DNA of 64,000 bases from an uncultured Pseudobutyrivibrio sp. (GCA_946403965.1 CAMJBT010000007.1:397-64396), one strand, 5' to 3'. Positions 1 through 10,549 are shown, counted from the first letter of the stretch. A program made the numbers and translations. Notes: generated by a model not told the origin, from the sequence alone.

Positions 1-353
1 TCAAGGATGTGAGATAGCCCCTGAGCAATGATTGTAACCACATGTTCATCGGCTAAACTATAGTACATTTGCTTTCCCTCTCTTCGTCCTTTTACAAGTT
101 TATTTGTACGAAGAATCTGTAACTGATGTGACACAGCAGACTGTGTCATACCAAGTGCCTCTGAGATATCACAAACACACAGCTCAGACTCAAATAATGC
201 AATTAAAATTCTCACTCGTGTGCTATCACCAAATACTTTAAACAGCTCGGCTAAATCATATAAAGTGTCCTCATCTGGCAACTGCTCAAGCACATGACTC
301 ACCAAATCAGAATGCACACACTTTTCATCACAACACTCTGCATGTTTACTCAT
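1..353 (-). CDS. ArsR/SmtB-family metal-responsive repressor (CadC-like), 3' end runs off the window
   Basis: Not in the ORF track. Manual translation from the ATG at 353 gives MSKHAECCDEKCVH...LAELFKVFGDSTRVRIL...ELCVCDI...SAVSHQLQILR...GKQMYYSLADEHV, with typical ArsR HTH motifs and N-terminal Cys residues. Confidence 0.93.
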   Translation of the reverse strand, partial: MSKHAECCDEKCVHSDLVSHVLEQLPDEDTLYDLAELFKVFGDSTRVRILIALFESELCVCDISEALGMTQSAVSHQLQILRTNKLVKGRREGKQMYYSLADEHVVTIIAQGLSHIL

Positions 354-373
354 ATATAAAACCTACTTTCTCA

Positions 374-2251
374 CTAAATATTTACATTCTTCACATTAAG
401 TGCCCTAATAGCGTTAAGCACCGCAATCACCATTACACCTACATCTGCAAAAATAGCGAACCACATATTAGCAATACCAACTGCACCTAATAGCAAGCAT
501 GCCACCTTGATTCCAATTGCAAAATATATGTTTTCATAGACTATTCTCATACACTTTTTGGAAATTCCAATAGCCTTGGCAATCTTCTTTGGATCATCAT
601 CCATCAGAACAACATCCGCTGCCTCGATGGCTGCATCAGAGCCTAGTGCTCCCATTGCAACACCAATATCCGCTCTTGAAAGTACTGGAGCATCGTTTAT
701 TCCATCTCCAACAAAGACAAGCTTACTCTTCTCATCTTTTTGGGCAAGTAGTTCTTCAACCTTTGTGACTTTATCCGCTGGAAGAAGCTGTGAATATACC
801 TCATCAAGCTGTAGATCTGCTGCCACGATATCCGCTACATGCTTTGTATCTCCAGTAAGCATAACAGTCTTCTTTACTCCAGCCTTTTTCATGGCGCTAA
901 TAGCCTCTTTTGACGATGGTTTAAGCCTGTCAGAAATAAGAATATATCCTTTGTACTGACCATCCACAGCCACATGAATCTCAGTACCTGGCTCTTGTAT
1001 CGTATTTACGGATATTCCAAGACTATCCATAAGCTTTGCATTTCCGGCAGCTACCTTTATATCCCCTATATTTGCTTCAATTCCGGCTCCAGAGATTTCA
1101 TTTACATTTGTAACCTTCGAAGTGTTTATAGGGCGTCCATAAGCCTCTTTCAGGCTTCTAGAAATAGGATGATTTGAGAAAGCCTCCACCAGGGCTGCCT
1201 TTTCTAGAAGCTTCTCTTCAGAAATACCACTTGGAACAATCTTAGTTACCTCAAAAACACCTTCTGTAAGTGTGCCTGTTTTGTCCATTACAACAATTCT
1301 TGTATTAGAAAGCTGATCCAAATAGTTAGATCCCTTTACAAGAATTCCCTCTCGACTGGCACCACCAATTCCTGCGAAGAAAGTCAGCGGAATGCTGATT
1401 ACCAGTGCACATGGACAGCTGATAACCAAGAAAGTAAGAGCTCTATAAATCCACTGTGACCATAAAGGATCGATACCAAGAACCAATCTGACAAAGGGTG
1501 GAAGAAGGGCCAATCCTAGAGCCGCGTAGCACACAATTGGAGTGTAGTATCTGGCAAACTTTGAAATAAAGTTTTCTGAGCGTGACTTCTTTGATGAAGC
1601 GTTCTCCACTAAATCCAGAATCTTTGAAGCAGTAGACTCACCAAATTCCTTTGTTGTACTGATTTTAAGTACTCCAGACATATTGATACAACCTGATATA
1701 ACTTCATCACCGATTTTAGCCATTCTAGGAACACTCTCTCCTGTAAGAGCAGCTGTATCTAAGGATGCACTTCCATCAATTACCACACCATCAATAGGAA
1801 TCTTTTCTCCAGGCTGAACAATAATAACACTTCCGATTTCAACTTCATCAGGGTCAACCTGCACAATCTTACCATCTTGCATGATATTAGCAAAATCAGG
1901 TCTGATATCCATAAGTGCCGAGATATTCTTGCGACTCTTTCCAACAGCATATGATTGGAAAAGCTCGCCAATCTGGTAGAACAACATAACGGCAACACCC
2001 TCTGTATATTCTCCCAATGCCATGGCACCAATTGTAGCGACAGCCATAAGGAAATTCTCATCAAATACCTGCTTGTTTCTGATACCTTTAAAAGCTTTCT
2101 TCAAAATGTCATATCCAATTACAAAATATGGCACCAAAAACAATAGAAATCTGATTATGCTACCTTCTTCGAGAGGAAGAACAAGCAATATTCCAATCAG
2201 TACCGCTGCTATTATTATTCTTATCAAAACCTTCTTTTGCTTTTTATTCAT
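374..2251 (-). CDS. cadA: Heavy-metal (Zn/Cd/Pb-type) P1B ATPase
   Basis: TGES, SCPC, DKTGT, HP and GDGINDAP motifs. Start placed at ATG 2251 (MNKKQ) from RBS spacing rather than GTG 2260. Confidence 0.92.
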   Translation of the reverse strand: MNKKQKKVLIRIIIAAVLIGILLVLPLEEGSIIRFLLFLVPYFVIGYDILKKAFKGIRNKQVFDENFLMAVATIGAMALGEYTEGVAVMLFYQIGELFQSYAVGKSRKNISALMDIRPDFANIMQDGKIVQVDPDEVEIGSVIIVQPGEKIPIDGVVIDGSASLDTAALTGESVPRMAKIGDEVISGCINMSGVLKISTTKEFGESTASKILDLVENASSKKSRSENFISKFARYYTPIVCYAALGLALLPPFVRLVLGIDPLWSQWIYRALTFLVISCPCALVISIPLTFFAGIGGASREGILVKGSNYLDQLSNTRIVVMDKTGTLTEGVFEVTKIVPSGISEEKLLEKAALVEAFSNHPISRSLKEAYGRPINTSKVTNVNEISGAGIEANIGDIKVAAGNAKLMDSLGISVNTIQEPGTEIHVAVDGQYKGYILISDRLKPSSKEAISAMKKAGVKKTVMLTGDTKHVADIVAADLQLDEVYSQLLPADKVTKVEELLAQKDEKSKLVFVGDGINDAPVLSRADIGVAMGALGSDAAIEAADVVLMDDDPKKIAKAIGISKKCMRIVYENIYFAIGIKVACLLLGAVGIANMWFAIFADVGVMVIAVLNAIRALNVKNVNI

Positions 2252-2266
2252 ATCTTGCACCTTATC

Positions 2267-2485
2267 CTAGAAAAAAATCTCGCAGTCGTCTTCAACCTTC
2301 TTGCAATTCTTTAAAACTTCATCCATTACGTATTTAACATCTGCGCCCTCTTCAAACTCAACAGACATCTTTAATGCCATGAAATTTACTGTAGCATCTG
2401 CAACACCTGCTGTGTCCTTTGCAGCCTGCTCCATTTTGTTAGCACAATTTGCGCAATCGACCTCAATCTTGTATGTTTTCTTCAT
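2267..2485 (-). CDS. Stand-alone heavy-metal-associated (HMA) domain protein
   Basis: 72 aa with DCANC (CxxC) motif, directly upstream of the ATPase. Confidence 0.88.
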   Translation of the reverse strand: MKKTYKIEVDCANCANKMEQAAKDTAGVADATVNFMALKMSVEFEEGADVKYVMDEVLKNCKKVEDDCEIFF

Positions 2486-2516
2486 ATTTTCCTCCTTAAT
2501 GCTTTAACTCTGTAAT

Positions 2517-2545
2517 TTGAACATTTGAATAACTGTTCATATGTT
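2517..2545. promoter_or_regulatory. Likely ArsR/SmtB operator
   Basis: Imperfect inverted repeat tgaacatttgaataactgttcatatgtt just downstream of the operon -10 box. Confidence 0.7.
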
Positions 2546-2552
2546 TAATTAA

Positions 2553-2581
2553 AATATAAACCTGCCAACATACTTTGTCAA
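2553..2581 (-). promoter_or_regulatory. SigmaA promoter of the cad operon
   Basis: TTGACA-N17-TATATT on the minus strand. Confidence 0.8.
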
Positions 2582-2644
2582 CAGGTTTTTATTTTTCATA
2601 AACAGCCCTCAAGATATTACCCTTGTTACTGAATAACTAACTTA

Positions 2645-3364
2645 TTATTTTTCCTTTTTTACCGCTTTTTCAACCACATCGGCTATCAGGTCATATCCCT
2701 TTGCTTTAAAGTGAACTCCATCAGTATAAAACTTTTCTTTGCCTTCTGTGACTGTATATAAATCTATAAACTTTGCTCCAGTTTCTTCTGCCACCTTTTT
2801 CTGACTTTCCCCAAGCTCACCATTTACAACATCAAGCATAATGCTATATTCAGCACGACCATTTTCATTTATAGCAAAACAGTAAGGGCTTCGCATCAGA
2901 TAAACCTCAGGATTGCTATCAAGCTTCTGATAGCATTCTACCAGATTCTTCAAGCCTGCTTCATAGGCTTCGGTATCCCAGTTATAGGTTTTTGCATCAT
3001 TAGTACCAAGCATCAAAATCACAATGTCTGGATTTGACTCTAAAGACTGACTATACTGCTCTGATTGAACATAAGGCAAATCTCCGTATTCTGATGCTGT
3101 TGCATTTCTAAGACCAAAATTTGAAACCAAATATGTAGTTCCAAGCTTTTCCTGCAGTTTGGAAGGATAGCAATCAAGCTCCCTTGTCTTTAGTACACCA
3201 CTTCCATAGGTCAGACTGTCACCTACACAGGAAATTCTCACTCTGCTGTCCTTTCCTCCAAACATTCCAGAATTAAATAGAACAACAAACAATAGTACAA
3301 CTGCAACTAATAATACAATCATTTTTCTTTGATACAAACCTTTCAAAATAGAATATTTGTCCAT
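2645..3364 (-). CDS. Membrane-anchored SGNH/GDSL hydrolase (possible acetylesterase)
   Basis: GDSLT, LGTND and DGVH blocks; N-terminal hydrophobic helix. Confidence 0.85.
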   Translation of the reverse strand: MDKYSILKGLYQRKMIVLLVAVVLLFVVLFNSGMFGGKDSRVRISCVGDSLTYGSGVLKTRELDCYPSKLQEKLGTTYLVSNFGLRNATASEYGDLPYVQSEQYSQSLESNPDIVILMLGTNDAKTYNWDTEAYEAGLKNLVECYQKLDSNPEVYLMRSPYCFAINENGRAEYSIMLDVVNGELGESQKKVAEETGAKFIDLYTVTEGKEKFYTDGVHFKAKGYDLIADVVEKAVKKEK

Positions 3365-3385
3365 AACCCCTTCGACTCCAATTGG

Positions 3386-4048
3386 TTAATCTTTAGTTTG
3401 CATAATAATCAGCTTGCCAGTTTTAATGCTGATTTCACCTATGTCAGCTAAAAGTTCGTTGCTGACTGTGAGAGTATTAAATCCCTCTACTTTTTCATTA
3501 GATAAGGGATATTTAAAGCCTGTCATGGTAAGTCCATTCACTATTTCCATGTAAGGAAATACAGAAACATATTTACCAAATTGAGATTCCTTTTTTATCT
3601 GTAAAGTCTCTCCTGCTCCAATCATTTGGATTAAATTATGGCTATCAACCATTGTCACAGCCCTGTCTGCAAGAATTCCCTTACCAATCAGTGCAATGTT
3701 TCCCATTACATGATCTAGCCTTGTGCCTGTGCCACCCATTAAATATATTTTATCCCTTGGTGATGTCCTTTCTATAGCTACACCAAGGGCAGCCTCCATA
3801 TCTGTATCATCCTTTATGGGATTTAAACGCACCAGATCAACTCCTGAAGATATAGCTCTTTCAAGTGTTCCCTCGGATGCTGAATCAAAATCCCCTACTA
3901 CAAGATCAGGCTTTAGTCCTAGTGCTAGACATGACTCATATCCTCTATCACAAGCAATAATAAACAAAGAGGATTCATGTAAATCATCAATGAATCCTCT
4001 TGTAAAATCTATGTCAATATTGCCACCTGCAATTATAACAACAGTCAT
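3386..4048 (-). CDS. thiN: Thiamine pyrophosphokinase
   Basis: DLVVGDFDS, KDDTD and GTRLDH motifs; follows rpe. Confidence 0.92.
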   Translation of the reverse strand: MTVVIIAGGNIDIDFTRGFIDDLHESSLFIIACDRGYESCLALGLKPDLVVGDFDSASEGTLERAISSGVDLVRLNPIKDDTDMEAALGVAIERTSPRDKIYLMGGTGTRLDHVMGNIALIGKGILADRAVTMVDSHNLIQMIGAGETLQIKKESQFGKYVSVFPYMEIVNGLTMTGFKYPLSNEKVEGFNTLTVSNELLADIGEISIKTGKLIIMQTKD

Positions 4049-4698
4049 TACATTCTCTCCAAGAGGGCTTCTACATTAGATTTAACATCTCCTGCAAATG
4101 CAGCTGAACCAGCAACAATAATATTGGCTCCAGCATCTAAAACCTGATCGATAGTATCCAGATTAATTCCTCCGTCTACTTCAATATCAAGCTTTAATTT
4201 TTTCTGTTTGCAGATTTCTGAAAGCTCTCTTACCTTGTCTACAGTATATGGAATAAGACGCTGACCGCCAAATCCTGGATTTACAGTCATAATAAGCACC
4301 ATATCCACCTTGTCTAGAACATGAATAATGCTTGAAACAGGAGTTGCAGGGTTAATTGCCACACCAGCCATTGCACCACTGTTTTTGATTAAATCAACTG
4401 TGGCATCAAGATGCTTTGTCGCCTCAGCGTGAACTGTAATGATATCCGCTCCTGCCTCAGCAAATTCCTTCACATAACGTTCTGGATCCATAATCATCAG
4501 GTGGACATCAAATAATCTATCTGTGTATTTACGAATTGTTTTTAATACAGGAAGTCCAAAGCTAATGCTTGGCACAAACATCCCATCCATTACATCAAAA
4601 TGCACATATTGAGCTCCTGCCTCGTCTATAAGCTGAAGCTGCTCCTTAAGAATTCCAAAATCAGCCGATAAAATCGATGGTGCTAAACATCTTTCCAT
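4048..4698 (-). CDS. rpe: Ribulose-phosphate 3-epimerase
   Basis: APSILSADF, HFDVMDG, DVHLM and VDGGIN motifs. Confidence 0.96.
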   Translation of the reverse strand: MERCLAPSILSADFGILKEQLQLIDEAGAQYVHFDVMDGMFVPSISFGLPVLKTIRKYTDRLFDVHLMIMDPERYVKEFAEAGADIITVHAEATKHLDATVDLIKNSGAMAGVAINPATPVSSIIHVLDKVDMVLIMTVNPGFGGQRLIPYTVDKVRELSEICKQKKLKLDIEVDGGINLDTIDQVLDAGANIIVAGSAAFAGDVKSNVEALLERM

Positions 4699-4707
4699 AG
4701 TCTTCTC

Positions 4708-5595
4708 CTACCTATATCTATTATTTTGTTGATCTACCATTTCCATATAAATCTGGATGTAGTTCTCATATCTGCTTTGAGCTATTTTCCCTTCTTCAAG
4801 AGCCTCTTTCACACCACAATCAGGCTCCTTGTAATGAGCGCAGCCTGTAAATCTACAATTGCCAGCCGGCTCAATAAATTCTGGGAACAATGTATATAAA
4901 TCAACTGGCTCTACCTTTGGCACAAAAAGTGAAGAAAAACCTGGAGTATCCATGATATATGTATCTTCACCAATATATAAAAGCTCAGAATGTCTGGTGG
5001 TGTGTTTTCCTCTGCCAATCTTTTCAGATACCTCTCCAGTCTCCATATTCTGACCTTCTGTAAGACGGTTTACAATTGAGCTTTTACCAACTCCTGATGG
5101 TCCAGCAACAGTAGTTGTCTTGCCTTTTAAAACCTCTTTGATAAGCTCCATGCCTTCATTTTCTTTGGCAGAAGTAAAAATCAGCTTGTACCCTGCAGGC
5201 TCATATGTTTTTCGCATCTCAGCCTCAAAACCTTCATCAGCTAAATCCTCTTTGTTGAAACAGATTGTAATTGGAAGCTGATTTTCCTCCATCATACACA
5301 AAAATCTGTCTAGAAGATTCAAGTTAGGCTCAGGACTTTTAGTTGCAAAAATGAGCAATGCCTGATCCACATTTGCCACAGCCGGTCTGATAAGCTCAGA
5401 CTTGCGTGGCAATAGCTTTACTACATTGCCCGTTTTCTCCTCCTGTGAAATTACGTCGATTTCAACATCATCTCCTACAAGAGGCTTTATTTTCTCTTTT
5501 CTGAAGGCACCTTTGGCCTTGCATTCGTAAATGCCAGCTTCTGCTACTTGAACATAGTAGAAGCCAGCAATACCTTTTATTATTTTTCCAATCAT
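4708..5595 (-). CDS. rsgA: Ribosome small-subunit-dependent GTPase
   Basis: Circularly permuted GTPase (NKED, GPSGVGKSS, RGKHTT, DTPGF) with C-terminal CRFTGCAH..EPDC zinc finger. Confidence 0.96.
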   Translation of the reverse strand: MIGKIIKGIAGFYYVQVAEAGIYECKAKGAFRKEKIKPLVGDDVEIDVISQEEKTGNVVKLLPRKSELIRPAVANVDQALLIFATKSPEPNLNLLDRFLCMMEENQLPITICFNKEDLADEGFEAEMRKTYEPAGYKLIFTSAKENEGMELIKEVLKGKTTTVAGPSGVGKSSIVNRLTEGQNMETGEVSEKIGRGKHTTRHSELLYIGEDTYIMDTPGFSSLFVPKVEPVDLYTLFPEFIEPAGNCRFTGCAHYKEPDCGVKEALEEGKIAQSRYENYIQIYMEMVDQQNNRYR

Positions 5596-5598
5596 ATA

Positions 5599-7479
5599 TT
5601 AGTTATTTGGTGTTCCCTTAACCTTCTGTGTAGAAGTCTCAGTAGCATTTGGATTAGGTGCTTCTGAGCCATCTCCTGTAATGTACATAGGTGTGTAAGT
5701 AAGAGTTACTGTAAGCTCTGGGACTGACACCTCTGAAATATTTATAGAACCATTCTTTGGAATTGTTCCTGACTTACCAATTTCAGCAATTTCAAATGTA
5801 CACTCTCCATCGTATGGATTTGGAATGCTGTAGCTATATTTAACTTCCTTTGGTCCCTTGCTGATTACAAGAGTGATAGTAGAATTCTTTGCAACCATCT
5901 CACCAGCATCGATTGACTGACTAATAACACTACCTGAAGCAACATCATCAGAGAACTCTTGTGAAGTGCTTGTAACTGTGATGTTTGAGTTTGACAACGT
6001 CTGAGTTGCCTCTGCCTGAGTCAAACCAACAACACTAGGAACTGCCACTGTATCTCCTTCACTTTCCTTTGTTGAAGATTCCTTGTTCTCTGTCTTCTGT
6101 GAAGCAGAACTGCTGTCACCAGAAGCTCCATCCTCTGAACCTGAAACTGTAAGTCTAAGTGTATCGCTAAGAGAGAATTCCTTTCCCTCTGCAACTGACT
6201 GATTTGTGATAATTCCCTTTTCAGCATCATTTGCTTCGTAAGAAACAACTACATTTTTCTCTGTAAGACCAAGTTCTTCCAACTTTCCAAGTGCTTCCTC
6301 ATACTGAGTTCCCACTACATTAATCATTGTGACCTTCTTTGAACCGAAGTTGAACAGACCAACCATGTTTCCTACGATTGCAACTATAATCGCAACAATT
6401 GCAACAGCTGCTACGATACCAGAGATAGTAAGGATTCTATCCATCTTTGATTCATCCTCATAATCATCTTCATCATCGTAGTCGTAGTCATCATCATAGT
6501 ACTCATCTTCGTAGTACTCGTCTTCGTCATCATATTCATCCTCAAAAGTGAGGGCTTCTGCAGCACGCTTTGTAAGACTCTCCTCCTGCTCTGGAGTTAT
6601 TTTTGTCATCACCTTTGTCTGACCCAAATCTGACTCGACAATAGTAACGAAATCCTCATTTGGACTAACAAGAGACTTCTTTAAATCCATAAGCATGTCT
6701 GAAATAGTAGGATAACGTCTATCTGCCTTTTTCATTGTAGCTTTAAGAATTATCTTCTCAAGTGAAATTGGAAGGTCTGGAGCGTATGCACTTGGTGCAA
6801 CCATCTCCTCCTGAAGATGCTGAATTGCAATAGCTACTGTGTTGTCTCCATCAAAAGGAACACGACCTGTAACCATTTCGTACATAACAATACCAAGTGA
6901 ATAGATATCACTCTTGCCATCTACAAAACCATTTCTTGCCTGTTCTGGTGATGAATAGTGAACAGAGCCCATAAGATCTGCATGGATTGTATTTGAGCTT
7001 GCAGCTCTGGCAATACCAAAGTCAGTAACCTTGACCTTTCCTTCTGTAGAAATAATGATGTTCTGAGGCTTGATATCACGGTGAATGATGCCCTTCTGAT
7101 GAGCAGCTTCGATACCACGGCCTACCTGAATAGCAATACTGATAGCTTCCTTGAAATTAAGCTGTCCCTTTTTCTCGATATAAGTCTTTAATGTGATACC
7201 CTCAACATATTCCATTACTATGAAATACATTCCATTTTCAGAACCTACATCATAGATATTTACGATATTTGGATGTTCCAAACCTGCAGCAGACTGAGCT
7301 TCTGTTCTAAACTTTGCTACGAATGTAGCATCCTCAGAGAACTCCTGCTTAAGGATTTTGATAGCAACCTCGCGACCTAAAATATGGTCCTTTGCACGAT
7401 ATACATCAGACATTCCGCCTGAACCAACTCTATCAATTATCTCATATCTATCTGCTATAAATATGCCTTGTGTAATCAT
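5599..7479 (-). CDS. pknB: PASTA-domain Ser/Thr protein kinase (PknB/PrkC/Stk1)
   Basis: GSGGMS, HRDIKPQN and DFGIA motifs; acidic linker, TM helix, two PASTA-like repeats. Confidence 0.95.
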   Translation of the reverse strand: MITQGIFIADRYEIIDRVGSGGMSDVYRAKDHILGREVAIKILKQEFSEDATFVAKFRTEAQSAAGLEHPNIVNIYDVGSENGMYFIVMEYVEGITLKTYIEKKGQLNFKEAISIAIQVGRGIEAAHQKGIIHRDIKPQNIIISTEGKVKVTDFGIARAASSNTIHADLMGSVHYSSPEQARNGFVDGKSDIYSLGIVMYEMVTGRVPFDGDNTVAIAIQHLQEEMVAPSAYAPDLPISLEKIILKATMKKADRRYPTISDMLMDLKKSLVSPNEDFVTIVESDLGQTKVMTKITPEQEESLTKRAAEALTFEDEYDDEDEYYEDEYYDDDYDYDDEDDYEDESKMDRILTISGIVAAVAIVAIIVAIVGNMVGLFNFGSKKVTMINVVGTQYEEALGKLEELGLTEKNVVVSYEANDAEKGIITNQSVAEGKEFSLSDTLRLTVSGSEDGASGDSSSASQKTENKESSTKESEGDTVAVPSVVGLTQAEATQTLSNSNITVTSTSQEFSDDVASGSVISQSIDAGEMVAKNSTITLVISKGPKEVKYSYSIPNPYDGECTFEIAEIGKSGTIPKNGSINISEVSVPELTVTLTYTPMYITGDGSEAPNPNATETSTQKVKGTPNN

Positions 7480-7506
7480 ATATTCTCCTTTTACTAACTA
7501 TGATTC

Positions 7507-8226
7507 TTATTCTATAACTACAACTGAAATATTATCTTTACCACCATTGCTATTAGCTAATCTTATTAGCTTTTTAGCACGTGCTTCAATGGAACTATTG
7601 TCTGTGATAATGGAATAGATATCTTTGTCTTCAACCATGTTGGTAAGGCCATCAGAACAAAGTAAAATGCGTTCTGAACCTTTTAAAACCACGTCAAAAT
7701 AATCCGGACTGATTTTGGTTTCTGCGCCCACAGCTCTTGTAATCATGTTTTTTCGCTTGTCTGTGCGAGCATCATCCTCATCAAGCTCGCCTGTACGAAC
7801 AAGCTCTGCAACCACCGAGTGATCCTTGGTGATTTGAAGAAGCTTGGTGGCGGTAGCAACATAGAGTCTGCTGTCTCCCACATTTGCCACATAAAGATGT
7901 CCATCAATAATGGTGGCTATAACAAGTGTGGTGCCCATTCCTGCTTTGTTCGGATCTGTCTTTGATTCTGTATTTATTGTTTGGTTGGCTGATTGAATTG
8001 CCTGCTCAAGAAGCTTTACAGGCTCAGATTCTTTAGAATTTGTAATTCCTTCTACAACCATTTCGACGCATTTGGCAGAAGCATAATCACCTGCTAACTC
8101 TCCACCCATTCCGTCGGCAACGATATATAGATTCGGCAAATTACCAACTCTACCGTCATTGACATAAACCGTATCCTGATTGACTTTTCGCTTTATGCCA
8201 ACATCAGTTATCCCATAACTTATCAT
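7507..8226 (-). CDS. PP2C Ser/Thr phosphatase (Stp1/PrpC)
   Basis: RKVNQD, VADGMGG, GDSR, LCSDGL and DNIS motifs. Confidence 0.94.
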   Translation of the reverse strand: MISYGITDVGIKRKVNQDTVYVNDGRVGNLPNLYIVADGMGGELAGDYASAKCVEMVVEGITNSKESEPVKLLEQAIQSANQTINTESKTDPNKAGMGTTLVIATIIDGHLYVANVGDSRLYVATATKLLQITKDHSVVAELVRTGELDEDDARTDKRKNMITRAVGAETKISPDYFDVVLKGSERILLCSDGLTNMVEDKDIYSIITDNSSIEARAKKLIRLANSNGGKDNISVVVIE

Positions 8227-9290
8227 TAATTAGTCCCTTTCGAAGCGTCCATTTTGCGCTTTCTCAATTGTCCACAGGCCCCATCTATATCGCGGCCCAT
8301 TTCCCTTCTAATAGTAGCATTATTCACATATTTTTCAATCTTTTTTTGGAAAGCATAGGCTCTGTCCATTGAAGGACTAACGAAATCTCTCTCTTTTATA
8401 GGATTAACTGGAATAAGATTTACGTGGCAATTCAGATGCCCAATAAGCTGTCCAAGTTCAGCTGCGTCTTCATCTCTGTCGTTGACTCCACCAACCAGAG
8501 AATATTCAAAAGTAATTCTTCGCCCGGTCTTTTTGAAATAATATTCGCAGGCGTCAATCAATTCATGTATTTCGTATTTATTTGCAATTGGCATAAGCTC
8601 TGCTCTCTTTTGCTGATTTGGAGCATGAAGAGAAATTGCAAGAGTAATTGTCAAATCTTCCTCTGCCAGTTGCTTGATTCTTGGAACAATTCCACAGGTG
8701 CTGACTGTAATATTTCTCTGTGAAATATTCAAACCGTTTTCATCTGACAGAAGTCGCACAAACTTTACGATATTATCGTAGTTGTCCATAGGTTCTCCTG
8801 TTCCCATTACAACAAGATTTGACACTCGCTCTCCTGTGTCCCTTTGAATCATGTATATCTGTCCCAACATCTCTGATGGTGTAAGATTTCTAACCCATCC
8901 ATCCAGGGTGGATGCACAAAAACGGCATCCCATTTTACAACCTACCTGAGAACTGATGCAGACAGAATTACCATGCTTGTAGCTCATCCAAACACTCTCA
9001 ACCATTTGGCCGTCAAAAAGCTCAAAGAGATATTTTCTTGTGCCATCTATTTTTGATATTTGCAAATCAATTTGCTTGAGGGGATGATAATTACAATTAG
9101 CTTCCAGTTTTTCCTTTAAGGACTTTGGAATATTTTTCATCTCGTCATAGTTGTAGGCCAGATGTTGATGCATCCACTCATAAAGCTGCTTTGCCCTAAA
9201 CTTTGGCTCAGAAAGCTCTCCTGTGACAAAATCTGTAAGTTCTGTTAAATTTAATGATCTAATATCAACTAATTCTTTTTCATTACACAT
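8226..9290 (-). CDS. rlmN: Dual-specificity rRNA/tRNA methyltransferase (radical SAM)
   Basis: CKMGCRFC, MGTGEP and DIDGACGQL motifs; overlaps the end of rsmB by 22 nt. Confidence 0.95.
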   Translation of the reverse strand: MCNEKELVDIRSLNLTELTDFVTGELSEPKFRAKQLYEWMHQHLAYNYDEMKNIPKSLKEKLEANCNYHPLKQIDLQISKIDGTRKYLFELFDGQMVESVWMSYKHGNSVCISSQVGCKMGCRFCASTLDGWVRNLTPSEMLGQIYMIQRDTGERVSNLVVMGTGEPMDNYDNIVKFVRLLSDENGLNISQRNITVSTCGIVPRIKQLAEEDLTITLAISLHAPNQQKRAELMPIANKYEIHELIDACEYYFKKTGRRITFEYSLVGGVNDRDEDAAELGQLIGHLNCHVNLIPVNPIKERDFVSPSMDRAYAFQKKIEKYVNNATIRREMGRDIDGACGQLRKRKMDASKGTN

Positions 9291-10549
9291 ATAAAAAATC
9301 CATCATGCTCTTCATTTGGGAAGAGTTGCTTCATCTCTTTTATTTTAAACTCCTTATGTGATTGTAAGAAGTTTTCTACCTGAATTTCGTTTTCTGATTT
9401 GTTGATGGTACATGTGCTGTAGCACAATGTTCCACCAGCTTTTACATATCTGCAGACCACATCAAGAATTTGCTTCTGAAGCTGTGCAAGCTCAGCAAGT
9501 GATTCTTCTGTTTGATTGTATTTGATATCTGGCTTCTTTCTGATTATGCCTAAGCCTGAACATGGCAAATCTGCAATTACCACATCATACTTATTTTCCC
9601 CATTCTGGTCAAATTCAGTTGCGTCCCATCTTTCTGCCGTAATATTGCCTGCAGCTGTACGGGATATATTTTCATTTATGAGAGCCACCTTTGCATCAGT
9701 CAAATCTCTGGCTGTCACATGACCTTCACTGGCAAGTTCAGCACAATGAAGTGCCTTTCCACCAGGGGCCGCACAAACATCAATTATCTCGTCATCAGGC
9801 TTAATATCAGCCATATTTGCTACCAGCTGGGATGAATAATCCTGAACATAAAACAGACCTTCTTTAAACTCCGGAATAGCACCAAGAGAATCGTAATCTG
9901 ATATATAAAGTGCAGAAGAAATTGTATCGCATTTGCGAATTGAAATCCCTCTGGCCTTTAATCTATCAGCTAAATCATCCCTAGAAATTTTACAAAGATT
10001 AACTCTGATACACAGGTCCTGATTGGTAAAGAATCCATTCAGAATTTTCTCAGTCTGCTCTGTGCCATATTCATCAGACCACTTGTCCACGATCCATTGT
10101 GGCATGGAATACTTTGTGCACAAATCTGTAAACTTTATCTCCTTCTTTTGTCTGGAAATGTTACGAAGAACGCCATTTACAAATCCTGATAATCCAGTGA
10201 ACCCCTTTTTCTTTGCAAGCTTCACATATTCATTGCAAGTGGCTGAATCAGGAACAGAATCCATATAGAAAATTTCATAGGCTCCCATTCGCATAATTGT
10301 GCGAATCACCGGTTTCATCTTTTTAGCCTTTGTCTTTGAAACGCTATCAATAATGAAATCAAGCTGTAGCATTCTTTCTACTGTTCCATTTACAAGACGT
10401 GTAATAAAAGCTCTCTCGTTTTTATCAAGATATGCATATTTATCCAACACTGCTTTTAGATATATATGAGAGAACTGTCCGTGCTCCAATATCTCCAACA
10501 GAGTTTCAAAGGCGATTAATCTATTATTGATTTTATTATTATCCGACAT
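9269..10549 (-). CDS. rsmB: 16S rRNA m5C967 methyltransferase
   Basis: N-terminal NusB-like domain; DVCAAPGGK, DLPCSGLG and YSTCT motifs. Confidence 0.95.
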   Translation of the reverse strand: MSDNNKINNRLIAFETLLEILEHGQFSHIYLKAVLDKYAYLDKNERAFITRLVNGTVERMLQLDFIIDSVSKTKAKKMKPVIRTIMRMGAYEIFYMDSVPDSATCNEYVKLAKKKGFTGLSGFVNGVLRNISRQKKEIKFTDLCTKYSMPQWIVDKWSDEYGTEQTEKILNGFFTNQDLCIRVNLCKISRDDLADRLKARGISIRKCDTISSALYISDYDSLGAIPEFKEGLFYVQDYSSQLVANMADIKPDDEIIDVCAAPGGKALHCAELASEGHVTARDLTDAKVALINENISRTAAGNITAERWDATEFDQNGENKYDVVIADLPCSGLGIIRKKPDIKYNQTEESLAELAQLQKQILDVVCRYVKAGGTLCYSTCTINKSENEIQVENFLQSHKEFKIKEMKQLFPNEEHDGFFICVMKKN

